Assembly (NCBI GenBank): GCA_973895155.1
Contig: OZ316896.1
Coordinates: forward strand, 13,248,549 to 13,312,548
DNA length: 64,000 bases
Reading direction: 5' to 3'
DNA from: Marsupella aquatica
Lineage: Eukaryota > Plantae > Marchantiophyta
The notes under the pieces were generated by a model. The model worked only from the letters and a program-made list of their open reading frames with translations. It had not been told where the DNA came from and ran no database searches. The position numbers were made by a program, and so were the translations under genes. Shown in pieces: positions 35,041-48,339 of this stretch (positions within the stretch are counted from its first letter, which is position 1; the number at the start of each line of letters is the position of its first letter).

Positions 35041-38000
35041 CCAACTCTTTGCATTAGTTTACAAAAAAAAATTCAAGTTTCTCCTCCTATGGTCCCTTTT
35101 TTGCATAAAGTGAGCCCCAAAGCTTGCTTGCCCAGCACATATATTCTAGTCCAGAAGCTCAAACCCCCCTCCAACTCAAAAACATTTAATCCCCTTCTCC
35201 AACCTCCCCAGTCCTCCCCATATGTCTTTTAGCCCTCCCAAAGCATCCTCAAGCCCTGCAAACTTGATGCACTCGAGGAAAAGGTATTTCACAAAACAGA
35301 GTTCAGTCACAGGACATTTGGGGGGAGTTCAGGGAAGCCCAGACATTTGCGGTTGGGAGACATTTGGGTGACAAGGCTTGGGGACCTACATACTGTTTGG
35401 GCTGCCCAAAAGCAACTAATGCTCATTCACATTTTCATTTCAAGCCACACTTCGGCTGCATAGATGCAAAGAAGCAAAGTTTGAGACACATATAAACTCT
35501 GTTTTGGTCAGTAAGATCTACGTTTGGGGTTCCATTAGACTAGCTTGAACACCCGTGCATAACACAGGAAGAGCTTTCTCCTGTACGCAGACTCCCCATG
35601 TCCATCACTACTCACAAGCATAGTCTAAATATCAAATTTGTTGTTATTGGGAGAATTCCGGCCTATAGCTTCACTGTCAAGGAGCAGGTCATGACCTGTA
35701 AGCTTTCGCATATTATGCATACTGATATGCTACAATGAACTGTTATTGTAACACTATAACTTCTGGGGATATGGAGTGAACTCCTATGACTCTTAATCAA
35801 GTATTAGAATCTATTTGTGTAAGCTAGTCTCTAATCTCTACTTGGTAGAAATCCCAAGGCAGTGGATCAAAATACAAACAAACAAATAGGTCAACTACTT
35901 CAGATATGAATTCCCAGAACTGGCAGGTCAATCACAATAATTCAGGTCATGCAAAGCATGCAAACAACACTTTATTGTGTAAAACAAATACTTTAATGTG
36001 TAGGGTATGGAGAAGACAGTGTCGAAATTCAAGCAGTTATTTCTGTTACATTATGATATCTAACTCCTTCCAAGATATGCTCTTTAGGGGAAAGTGGAAG
36101 GCCAATAAGCTTTGCATTCTTTTCCCATTAGGATAAATTAATCAAGATGTGAGCAACCATCTCCTTTCCAACACCAACCTCAGACACAAACCTAATTATT
36201 CAAGGCAAAAGATCCTACAGGGATTACCATAAGCATATGTAATCTAATATGATCATTAACTAGTCAATGTTTGTGCACAAAATGTTATTGCTGATGAAGT
36301 ATTGTCATCTTAGAAGGTAAGTCATCGCAAACAGTGTCTTGCTATGATGAGTAGAATGACCATGCACAAATATTATTGTTGCACAAAATCTGTTTTGTTA
36401 AGTGATATGGAACATGATCAATGTCAATGATTGCAAGCATAAGTAAGGGATGGAAGACACAGATGGGTACAGAGAGCCAGGCAGAGAGTTGAGGCACAAG
36501 TCATGGAAAGAATTTGGGTGAGAGCCAACCAATTCTAATCAAGACACATGTGTAGGACAGGCAAGGGTGGTTGGCAGAAAAATCATTTTTGAGCAATAAC
36601 TGATCCCGCTGCAACTGAATTCATAATTAATCATGCCATAGGCAAGAGCAGGATTGCAGAGTATAGAAGTTCAGATATTGAGATGACATAATAGTTTCAA
36701 ATGTTGGAGTTCATGCATCCGTGCATTTGTGGCCAGCACCTGTTCTCATTTTAAGTCATGATTTGTTTGGTTGTGTCCTGCCCAACGCCATGTGAATCGT
36801 ATAGGTGGCCTGCTCTAGATTATACCCTGCAATTTGTGGATTTTCAGGGGAACAAGAGGCAGCCATGGCTTGAACCACAAAAACCTTCTCATGGGAGTTA
36901 GCACCACTCCTGTTTGAGACAAGAGCTGGACAGGCTTGGTGTCATCTCCATTGTAGGGTGGAGATTTGACATGGTGGATGTGGTACTTTTGCCCTATTAG
37001 GGCTGTTTTCCTTTGGGCCCCATTGATAGGCTTTGTGTGATTGAACTCATGTCATGGCTGTGTTTAGGTAGCTGACCTTAATCCACTCCTGGGCAAAGGT
37101 TGTTGTTTGGTGATCTTGGGGACCCTAGGCGGTTTTTGGGCATTATGGTGCACAGATGAACAGGTTGAATATATTTTCCATACCCATCATAAATTGCTTA
37201 CACTTTTACATCTTTGAGTGTTGTTCCCTTTACATATCCAGGTGCTGCTTTTTGATGTGTAGTTACCACGACCCATGTGGCTTTGCTTTTGTAAACTAAA
37301 CTAAAATAAAATAACAGCCTTCTCATGGGATAAGGACTAAGTTGGACTAATTTTTTGTACCAAGTGAGGAATGTTGTGGAGACTCATCAGTCTCATTAAT
37401 GGCGCACTCAATTAAAGGTTAAAAGAAAGAATTTTAGGGGACTACACCTAAACAGTAACTCATCTCTCCGCCTAGATTTAATTCGAATGAATCGTGGCTC
37501 TAGTAACAACTTGACGTTGGTATCTTCCTTCAATCTAAGTTTGGAACCTATGGAACAAAAACAATCATCAGGTCTATAGGTCAGGCAAATCTCCAATCTC
37601 TTGGTTTGGGAATCTCATCACTTTGGTCTTGCTCTCATTCTCCACGATAAATCCAGATTATCATTCCAATAGACACTCATGAGGTCTATGAAACCCTCAA
37701 GATATGCCATCATTTATTAGAGGCTACTCTTTCCAAAAGCAACCACCCTATCCAAGTTCCAGCTCTACTCTGAAAAGCAAATCTATGACTAACTCATCAC
37801 TGAAGAGTAAAGAGCAAGTCCACTCAGTCGATTCTCCCTCGGACTTAGGAACGTGGCTAGAGTAAGCCGTCCGATTATTATAGAATAAACATGGGGCTGA
37901 AAAATGTTAGCACAGAACCACAATTCCCGCTAACCTCTAAACCATAAGGGTTGGAAAGTTTTTCACCAATGGACATATAACCTACAGGGCATCTCTGGTG

Positions 38001-38686
38001 TTTGTACTAGGTGCATCCTGGTGAGTCTGACCATCTCGTGCAATAGAGAATGAATGGCAGAAAAAAATCTCATCAAATACATGATAAGCTGTCACAGTAA
38101 CAAATCAAATGAAAATCATAAACTTTAAAGGGATTAGATAATCTGTTAAATTCAAACCAATACAAAGTGAAATGATACCCGAGGCCAGATTTAAAAGAAA
38201 ATTCAGAACTCATATTTCTAATAAGACAAAATAAGGTAGAAGGTGTTCACCATATAGCAATGTAGGAAATTCTATATGCCAAGCTAAAGTTAGGCACATG
38301 AGTTGCTAGGCCAACCTCTCCACTAGGCTAGTTTTATGTGAAGGAATCCGGGCAATTTTTAAGGTCGTTCCTTTTCGCCAAGGTGGTGAATGTCACCTTG
38401 TCTGAAAGGAGAAGATGGCTCAGCATAACCCTTATCTTATCTAATTTTCCCAAATTTGTGTTACATCTCCCTGAATTTAAGGACAACCTTCAGATTCTGG
38501 CCTCCCCCTACCCCCAACTACCACAACAAAATGGAGTGGCCGGGGTGACCTGGCTCAAGAGCTCAAATGAGTTGATGAAGGTCATTTGGGTATCCTTGAG
38601 GAGGACCTTTCACTTGAGCCTCCCTTAATTTATACCCCTGGTGCAGTGCCATTTTATTTATCTCAACATGATTAGCTTCTCACCTA

Positions 38687-39045
38687 CCGTCTTCCCCCGA
38701 ACACAGTGCCCGGGCGTTGTGTTTGAAAGTTGAATTTTTTTAGTCTCGGTAAGAAAAAATTGCTTTAACTCAAACACAACGTCATTTTAACACACACCCA
38801 GGAATTGTGTTTGAATATGGCTGTGTTCAAATATGGCGTTGTGTTTGAATGTTCAGGATTGTGTTTGAGTATTTTCCCAATCTTGACAGCATTGAGCACA
38901 GAAAGTGCAAGTTCAGAATTGCAATCAAAACATAAGCAAAGTAAACAAAAAGCCGTTGATAGCCTTCACATCTTGACAACAATGCTAAGAGCAATTTCTG
39001 GAGCAATATTGCCCACACATACTCAATTGAAATGGCACCTGACAC
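38687..39045 (+). mobile_element. Truncated copy of the 11540-12393 TIR element (left part)
   Basis: TA|CCGTCTTCCCCCGAACACAGTGCCCGGGCGTTGTGTTTGAA and colinear internal similarity (CAATTTCTGGAGCAA). No right TIR found. Confidence 0.65.
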
Positions 39046-39321
39046 CTCTGCAAATAGTTACATCCATGTGCAAATATGGTACTGTATCTTATTTGTTTGT
39101 ACAAATTCCCCACCTACCACCAGCATACGGTCAAGAATGTAAAAACAAAAACATTCAAGAAATACTTGTGGTAGATAACGTCACTCCATCCTCGCCGTCC
39201 AATAACTCAATCGACACTTCAAGTACACTCAGTGCTACATGTCATCACAGTTACGCCTTGTCTACGGCGTCCCATCTGCATCTGGGCCGTTGCTGCGCTG
39301 TAATCGACTGTGCAGGATTTA

Positions 39322-39500
39322 GAGGTATTTTCTTGATCGACCCCCAAAATGAAACTTGTTACTCGATCGACCCCCTGAGGTCTATCAACGGTGCAGATCT
39401 GAGATTGAAAGGTCCATCAACGGTCCAGATTGGGGAAAAGAGTATTGAGGGGGTTGATTAAGCAAACTTTTTCCAGAAGGGGGTCTACTAAGCATATCTC
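39322..39500. mobile_element. MITE relic (PIF/Harbinger-like)
   Basis: GAGGTATTTTCTTGATCGACCCCC ... GGGGGTCTACTAAGCATATCTC with internal inverted GACCCCCT/AGGGGGTT. Flanks are TTA/TCA. Confidence 0.45.
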
Positions 39501-40204
39501 TCACATGATTTATGGAGTTAGTCTGATTCCCGTACTGCTGACGTTTCACATTTCACAGTACCGTGATACCTCATTGGATGACAAAGTGACCATATTGTAC
39601 GGTGTCCGCCCAGGATATGATCAGTGAGTTCCCCGATCTTTACCTCATCATATGGCCTCTTTTCTCTGAGTTTTCTACCTGGATAGCCGCTTTTGGAGGA
39701 ACCCCACACTGTTCTGGATAACACATGTGATTCCAGGTGTTTGATCCCCTGTGAGGGGCACCCACCTATTCAAATCAGAACCTTTTTTTTGGGGGGGGGG
39801 GAGCATGGTAATTTTTATGGGCTTAACATTTTTCTAGGGTGGCTAATAGCACTTGTGTCAAGGAGAAGATGCCAGGAATATTCCCTGTGTGATTGTCCTT
39901 GATGCCATATTTTTCTCTTGAGGGGAAACTAATGTAACACCAAAATGTCTTATGCAGAGGAGGCAGAAAATGGAAAGTAATGGCAGGCCAGAATATAATG
40001 AGAAATAAATCTGGCACGCCCCAAAAGTGAGAATAATTTTATTGAACTTTCTTGTATGTAGCAATGTGAATACTTTACTCAAGATGAGCTTAACCCCAAG
40101 CAACAAACAGTTTTTACGAGCAATGACAACAGGATAAGATACTGAGATCAGAGCTAAGAGCTTTGCTGGGATCTCCATACAATAAGACCCTAGTTAAAGT
40201 GCAT

Positions 40205-40690
40205 GGTTATATAAAACACTGCAAAGAACTAAAGGCACCATACAAGGAGGCAAAATCCCATAGGCAAGAAACCCAATAAGAGGAGGAAAACATAGGACAA
40301 AATATGGGAAGACCAAAGACCACCAAAGACCAAAGAAGCCCAAGAGCCAAAAAGCCAAAAAGCACAAGAGATCCAAAACAACAGCTAGAAAATGAAAACT
40401 AGAGTTCTACTGAGCAACAAACTGAAGCTCTTGGTAGGACTCAGGCTTGGCTGTTTCTCAGCCTCCAGAGTAAATAGCATAGGAGGGTCACAAAGACTAG
40501 AAGCCCTGAAACCAACTATCTCAGCCCGATAAAGAATAGTGAATGCCTGAGCCCCATGCAGAGCAACTGTCACCAACTACCTAAAGAAGCATTGAGGACC
40601 AAAACTGGGGGATAAGGCCTCCGCTCCACACAAAAAAGATGCACAAGCCCAAAGGAAACTGTCGAAGATAGCGTGAAGATCTACCTTTGA
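40205..40690 (-). mobile_element. Decayed 3' fragment of a second RLE non-LTR family
   Basis: Minus-strand VTVALHGAQAFTILYRAEIVGFRASSLCDPPM matches 48910-49030 (VSIALERAHAGAQTFTILHRAKAVSFRASKFIPLRDPPM). The T-rich 3' UTR ends TTATATA. Confidence 0.6.
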
Positions 40691-40790
40691 TATATTCTTT
40701 TATCTAGTATAACATGAATATAGAGTATTAACTTTTGAGTTTCTTTCTTGCCAAAAAGAATATAGAGCAAACCAGGTGACCAAAGAGGCT

Positions 40791-43700
40791 AAGTTCATGG
40801 AGCCACTCTGACCGCCTATGGTGGGGGCAGTTTAGGTCTTTGAGCTCCTGGCTATGGAGTTCAGACTGTAGCACAGTTTTCACGCCACTTTGCCTACCCT
40901 CCTGCACTCAGTTTTTCTCGGAATCCAGTTTTCTCAGTTGCATTAGCTTGCTCTTGTCGAGGCGCATCAAATCGATATAAAACACGTCCAAAACGGTGCC
41001 GTATTGACATACTTATGGTCACATTCATTTTTGCCATTTTTCAGTCGTTTTTCTACGATTTTCGTCTTCCTTTCGACGGTCATATCTTGGTCAATCTTTC
41101 ACGGATTTCAGATTTCTCAAGTGCTTTGTATAGCTCTTCTACGGGAGAATCAGATTGATCCCAAGAGCGGTCCAATTGGTCTCCTATTGCCCTGATTGGA
41201 CTTTGATTAGCTCTCATGTTTTGTCTTCAATTTCCACCGTTCTCACTTTCAATTAGCTTTGGGGTCCTGTAGCAGTTCCTCGTTCACGGAATCTGGCATT
41301 CTCATGTGATTTGGCCAGCTCTTGTCCGGGAGTGCAACATCTATCCCTACTGCGGTCCTTTTGGTGACATATCAACCACTTTCGGCTCCGATTACGATTC
41401 TGATTTACTCCTCCATTTTTGGTGACGGTTTCCCTTGATCAGCTTTGGAGCATTCCTGTATTGCCACGTTTCTCCTCCAATTGGTGGTTGCCTTTCTTCT
41501 TCAGTTCTGACAAGGTGGCTTTTGCCAAGTTTAGTGGACCAGTTTGCATTCCACCATCTTCGGGAGCTGTAGCAACACGCTCAAATCAGCGGAGAGATAT
41601 TCACTCGCACCGACTCCTCAACGAACACATCGACGAGTGCTCCAGCTTTGTTCCCGGTTGTGCCTGCACGTGCTCAACAGTTTTCTAGGCTAGCGGTGGC
41701 GCCGTTTCTCGGATTTTGACGTAGTGGGCTCTCTCCATAGTCTTCCCTTTCTTTTCACATGTCTTGGTTGGGCCTTTTGTCGCTTCTTGATGCGCTTTTG
41801 CTTTTATCGGGTTGCGACCTGTCATGTCTACGTTGAGAGTGTTGGCGCGGGGCAAGCGCCCAGCCCCCCCACACAGTTCTCCCCCCTCCTCCCCCCCCCC
41901 ACCTCGTGGTCATCTTCGTGTTTGCTCTTCTTCATTGGATCTCTCTCATCTTCGTGATGATCCCATGCCCGATGCTCTGCCAATCCCCCCAGTCTACTGC
42001 CCACCCCATCGACGCCCTGGCTCCTCTCCCCACCCCATACCCCCTCCACCCCTCCAGCATCCCCCTCCAGCCTCTTCATCCATGTCGGTTCCCCCCCCCA
42101 CCTCCTGTCCAGTCGTTCCCTGCTCCCTCCCCATACGAGTGTCCCTTGCATACTTGTCCTGAGTGTGGCTGGGTTGGCCTCTCCCTTCCTCATCACCGCG
42201 GGCGGGGCCGGTGCCAATGTCGCCAGCAAGCACAATCCCAGCCCTAGCCCCCTCTTGACCCAGTTAGCTCTGCCCCTCCTTCCTTGGAGGCTTCCGAGCA
42301 GGCATGGAGTTGGGTTCACTCTCTAGACCCCCTTCCAGCCTACCATCCAGGGTACATTAGACCTCGCCTTTATAACCACATCCCACTAGCGTTGCGCCCA
42401 TTAGTTCGGTCATCCTTGTTGCAACTCATGCAGCTTATCTTGGCGCATCCTATCGAGGTCTCCTATTGGTCTTTACTCATACTTTTTCCACAGTGGACTC
42501 TTACCCTCCCTAGTCACGGTGGTCGCGTGGGTCACCGTGAGACTGTCTCTCGTATCCATCGTTTTCTGCGGGGAGATTGGGAACAGCTTCAGGAAGAGTA
42601 CTTTCTTCGAGCCCGTTCCTTTACTACCCGTGCTTTGTCTGACCCAGCTCGCCACTCTCATCCTCCATAGCATAGACGCCTTCGTCGATCTTGTCGTTTA
42701 GCCCAGGCTGGTGAATATCGTCGTGCGGTCCAGGCCCTTTCTCCCACCACACCAGCCTCCCTGGCGAGGTCACCTTGACGGCCCTTCAGGATCTCCATCT
42801 GCAGCCCTATGATCAGCTCCCCTTGTTCGTGGAGGATTTTGAGCCTGAGGAGGATCTTCAGTTTAGTAGGGACCACTTCACCTATGCTTTCCTCCATGCT
42901 CCGCGTTGCGCGGCTGGTGGCCCCTCTGGCTATGTCTTTGAGCATTTTTGTGATTTATTCCCCCCCTGAGGATCCTCAGTCTGGTTTTCCAGTTTTCTTC
43001 TCCTTTTGCCAGTGTATTGCTGCCGGCCGTTTGCCTCCTCCCGTCTCTCGGCTTTTGAGTGCTTCTCGTTTATTGGCCATGGCTAAGTCTTCACTGGGTG
43101 TTCGGCCCATAGCTATTGGAGAGGTTTTTCTTCGTCTGGTGTCTCGCACACTTTCATCTCAGTATCGCTCTGCACTATTGGATCATCTCTCTCCACATCA
43201 GTTTGCAGTGGGCGTTCCTGGCGGTTGTGAGACAGTTATTGTGGGTATTCGTACTACCTTGGACCTCCACCTTGATTGGGTTGTCCTCCAGGTTGATGTC
43301 TCCAATGCTTTCGATACGGTTTCTCAGGAAGCAATTTTTCATGCTTTGAGGGCAGCGGATCCAGACATCCAGCCCCTTATCCCCTTTGTCCGTTGTTTTT
43401 ATGGGTTCGAGGCCCCCCTCTTCTATAGTCATCACACCTCTACAAGAGTGTATACCACTCTCTTCTGCAGAAGGTACACGTCAAGGTGACCCTTTGGGTG
43501 GGCCTCTGTTTTTCCATTGCCCATTTTACTGCTTTACGGGAAGCCTCCGCGGCCCACCCCCAGTGTATCTTCCCCTCCCTTTCAGATGACACCCACATCA
43601 TTGGTCCACCTGTTGCTATTACTTCTGCCCTCGCCACCCTTTCCACCCATTTGTTGGGCCTCGATTTACGAGTTCAGCCGGTGAAGAGTCGTGCATGGAG

Positions 43701-45716
43701 TCCAACTGGGTTACCCTCTGATCTTGCACTTTCCCCTGGGTTCTTACGTCCAGCCGACGGTCTTCGGGTCCTTGGCTCCCCAGTCGGTACCGCCTCCTTT
43801 TGCTCATCTTTCATTGCTGACGCTCTTCAGGTTGCCTTAGCACCTACTCCTATGCTCCCTAAGTTAGCAGACTCTCAGGAAACATTTGGGTTGTTGTTGA
43901 GATGCATCCACCCTCGTGCGTCCTATTTGGCTCGGACACATCCCCCTACCGAGGATCTTTATCTACACCTCCGAGCGTTTGATGTCTCCATTCGTGAGAC
44001 TTTGGCCTCTCTTTTAGGGCCAGGTACTTTGCTCTCATCTCCGTGGCTTTATCGACAGCTCAGTCTTCCTATTTCTCACGGTGGTTTTGGGCTTACTTCC
44101 ATTGAGCGCCTTGCACCTTTGGCCTTCTTGGGCGCGTGGGCGGCCGCTTTCTCATTGTTGGCAGATCGTTTCCTTACTGAGGATCAACCTTTTGTACTTT
44201 CATCTCTCATGGAGATCGAGGAGGGTTCCCTCCCATTTCAGGTTCATTTGCGCACGGCGCGGTCATCATTACCCGATCCTGTTCGAGCTGCGTTACCTTC
44301 ATTCCAGGAGTTTTTATCCTTGGACCCCGTCCGTCTTCAGGCAGACCTTGCTGGGTGTATGCACGCTTTCACCCTCTCCAGCATCCTCACCGAGGCACTT
44401 GACACGGACCAAGCTCGGATTCTTTCTTCCGGAGGGAAGGGCGCAGGAGGTTGGCTTCAGGCCAATCCAGTCATTCCTCACCTGCGGATGTCTTCAGCGG
44501 AGTTTGCGATAGCCATGCATCTTCGTATGGGCTTGCCCCACCCACTTCTTGTTGGTTTACCTCCTACTTGCACTTGTGGGAAGCCTTGTGATGCCACAGG
44601 TGTCCATCTTCTTCGATGTAGTTTGGGCGGCGAAACCATTTTTGTTCACGACGCTGTGAGAGATGCGATTGCTCAGGTTCTCTCTGGCTCTTTGGTCTGC
44701 GCGCGGCGGGAGGTGGTGCTCGAGTTACCTGGTCCTCCATCACAGCGGTTACGGGTGGATCTTACCATGGTCCGTGAATGTCATCGTACTTTGGCAGATG
44801 TAGTGGTGGCAAACCCATTGCGCCAAGACATCATTGGGACAACGGCAATAACGGTAGGGGCAGCAACATCACGAGCAGCAACAACAAAGGAGGCCAAATA
44901 TGCTGCACGAGCTTCATCTGATAGCTTCCTACCCATTGCTCTTGAGATATTTGGGCGTCTCCATCATCAGTTTGATGGGCTTCTTCGGCAAGCTCTCGGG
45001 GGGGTCACTATATGAAGGGTCATACATCACGTGCGACGGTTTGGGTCATTTATGACCCCCCTAAGTCACTTTCTAGAAAGTTGTACGGCACCAATCATGT
45101 GATGACACATATGCATTTTATAATTAAACAACCCTATATTTCCATAGAAGACTTAATAAGTCTTCCACCAAAACCATTTAAATGGCCCTATACTTCGTCG
45201 CACATGATATGCCACTTCCATGGAAGTGACCCCCTCGAGGGCAAGCTGCTCGGGATGTTCACGGCCGGATGGGTCCACCGGGCCCCCACTATCTGTTTTG
45301 ACCACGTACTTTTGCCAATGCATTTCAGTCACCGTACAGCGTGCTCAAGCTCGGGCCGTCTATCGTCGATCTCTTATAGTGGGTGCTAGTGTGACTCCGC
45401 AGCGGCTACCCCCCCTAGAGGACATTCCTGTCCCACTTGCCAATCTAGTTTCGACACTTGATGTAGACCATTAGCTTGTTGCCACATTTGCTAGGTATGA
45501 TGAGGACCTCGGTCCATTTGCGGTAGTTTTAGTTCCTCTTTCTTGGTTTTTAGGGGTTTCCTTGTGCTCACTTCTTTTAGTTCCTCTTTCTTGGTTTTTA
45601 GGGTTTCCTTTTGCTCACTTCTTTTGCGTTTGGTTTTGTCCACTTGGGACCTCTCTTGTTTATTCTTTTGTACTCTATTTGGCCTTTTTCTGTAAAAAGT
45701 ATGTGTATATTTTGCT
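40791..45716 (+). mobile_element. Near full-length, decayed CRE-like non-LTR retrotransposon (zinc finger, RT, CCHC, RLE)
   Basis: 10-bp TSD CAAAGAGGCT (40781-90 / 45717-26). N-terminal Cys/His motif CPECG..HH. RT motifs RPIAIGE, QFAVG, QVDVSNAF, GTRQGDPLGGPLF, SLSDD, LGSP, GGFGL, followed by CCHC and RLE. Broken by stops (~42668, ~42776), frameshifts (~42960, ~43440-43510) and a MITE. Confidence 0.9.
44995..45239. mobile_element. MITE, 245 bp, with an 8-bp TSD, nested in the LINE
   Basis: TSD GGCAAGCT (44987-94 / 45240-47). TIR CTCG(G/A)GGGGGTCACT (14/15), extending imperfectly to ~45 bp. Absent from the sister LINE copy at 21040-21055. Confidence 0.92.
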
Positions 45717-48339
45717 CAAAGAGGCTTTGGTCACCTGAACGAATCTATAGTGCAAGTGAGATATTCCTTCTATGGATCATATTATTCTGTATTACGCCAT
45801 CCCCTACAAATTGTAGATTTTGAGATCCCACTACTTGCCATGTAATATACCCTCCCAAGTAGAAAGGTGATTTATTACGGACCCCAGTAGAAGTCCCTTC
45901 CAAAATTTGAGACCCCATAGCACGTCACATCATCATGGCACGCTGCAAACAGGAAGAGATCTGTTTTTGGATAAAATTAACTTTTGCATTCGTGTTTGTG
46001 GCAACTTTGTTGTAAAAATTGGGACGCCATGCCGTAAAAAAGAATGTAAAAAAATTGACATGCAAATCAAAAGACAAAAAGATTGAGGTAAAACTGCTCC
46101 CAATAATGGTTTTATTTACATTTTCATTTTATTCAAAACATAAAATTTTCCCGGCAGCAATTTTTGATTTGACATTGTTGAGTCAAGTCATAATGAAAAC
46201 TCACGTATAATATGGCGTTGGAAAGATTTTGAAGAGATGGTCCTGATGAGCTCAACATTGTCACCATTCGATAAGAATTGAGTAGGTAATTTTAAAAATA
46301 GATTTTACCCATGATTTTGTAATCTCTAACTGAATAGAAATCTTTGTTGTACAACCCCTGTAATGTTGACCCCTTCAGAATGAACCTAAAATTGACAGAT
46401 TTTATCGAGTACTAAGGAGATTATGATTTTTAGAATTATGATCCAGCATCCCTACGATACTGTGGAGGAACCGTCGAGCACCGTTTTGCTGATGTGGACA
46501 ATTAAGCTACCCACACATTAAACAGTAGTTCACATTGCAGTTGGTTTTGTGATTTATGTTAATTATGCAACCTTGGTAAGTTTGGCAACTATTTCAAGTG
46601 TCAAACATTGACTTGTCCATTTTTTAATTTAATTTTCTTTAGATTTGGAGGTCCATCTAGGCTTCAGTTTCTAGATAACTGCCTCTAAAATAACATGGGG
46701 TTCCACGGATTAATTCCCCTCTCATATCTACTTTAGTTTGAACATATCCCGGAAAACACTGACCACAATATATATATCAGAATCCCAAAAGCCTCCTGAC
46801 TGGGCAAAACTTGCCTTTCACTTTTAAACCCTTTACACTCTTTCCACTTTTCTTTTGTGCTGGGAAAGCATTGTCCACATTTTGGGGTGGCAGAGTTTTA
46901 TTTTGATATGTTTGGGTGGAAAGCAACATCCCCCACCCAACCCAAAAAAGTCAGCACAATCCCTATAATCCACCCAAGGGCCAAGCAAAGTCTTTACTAC
47001 ATGCAGGCTGGTTAATGTTTCTTCTGATGACTATATGGGGCGGATGTATGGGTGGCCCATGATTGGTACTTAAAAGTAATGGGCTTTATTAGAGTGCCAC
47101 TTTTTTTGGTCAAATGTCAATACTTGCCTACTTCAATGGCACTTCTTTTGTCACTGGTTAAGTGAATTCACACTGGTTAGCCACAAAAGATCTTATAATG
47201 GCTAGACATTGTCACATCAAATAATCCAATGGCTTTGTATTGCCCTTGGGTTGGCACTCACACAGGCTCACTACTTGGCTTCTAGGGCAGGTTTCCACCC
47301 TCTGGATTCCACCCCACCATTGCCTCCCAATTTCATGAGTGCCCTCATTTGCGATCACAGTACTCAACCCCCAGTGCACTGTGCTCTTAGGGTGATGTGA
47401 GTTGTCAGATTCTTTTATGTGGGCCCATTATAGGATCTTATGCAGTTAGTCAGGGTTTAGTTTCTTGCCTACGACAAAAAATTGAGATTACACTAATTAA
47501 TCTAAAGAAGGTGGCAAGTCGTGATATTTGATACAATGATCCAAGATAAGGCTCGTTTAGATGCATCCAAAAAGATGATATGCGGAAGTCTAAATATTCA
47601 AGCATTATGCAATCCCCATGAAGATGTGCATAACCGAACGTCTTGGCAATGGTTTAATTATTTTCAAGCAGAATAAAAAAAAATTTAATTGACACCCAAC
47701 ACCCCCCCCCCCCCCCAAAATGGACCCTGGTTCTTGCCAATGGTTTCGTATGGAAAAGCAAGCCTAACATGCACAACGTGCCCTCCTCCTTTTTTTTCTT
47801 GAATGATTTTTTTTATAGCTAAATAAAAATATACATTCCTCTTGACACCAACCAACTATCGACACTCTTTTCGGCTGCATTAAAGGCATGCATTCAACGG
47901 TAAATCCTGTTGCCCAAAAGTAGACATATGAATTCATTTGACCTTTACCCCGACCATAGGCTGTAGGAGAAATGAAAAGGGTGGAAAAAATAGGTGAACA
48001 AGCTCTTTTGCTTTGGAAAACTACAGAAAGACATGAATCTTACATTTTATTTTATTCTATTCTATTTACTAAGCTTCCAACAAAACTACCAACCAGCCAG
48101 CAATAAATCCCCTTGCTGTGTGACCTTAGGCCCAAGCACAACTGGCCTTGGGCTTTCACACAATTGTAGCAATTATTCTAGGAATCGACGGCTAGAATTG
48201 TGTGATCACTTTGATGGGGAGATCTTGACCGTAGATTGGGCCATTTGTAATTCTACAGGAAACCTGCAAAGGAAAGGGACAGTATAAAAATCCTTGCACT
48301 CAAAGAGGATCCCTTAAAAATATTAAAAGGAAAAGGATG

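Noticed and set aside
38805-39461. 218-aa ORF
   Set aside because: It starts at TTG, runs through two non-coding MITE relics and has no recognisable domain.
41812-42319. Pro-rich and Gly-rich ORFs on both strands
   Set aside because: They come from the C-rich, frameshifted N-terminal region of the LINE and are not separate genes.
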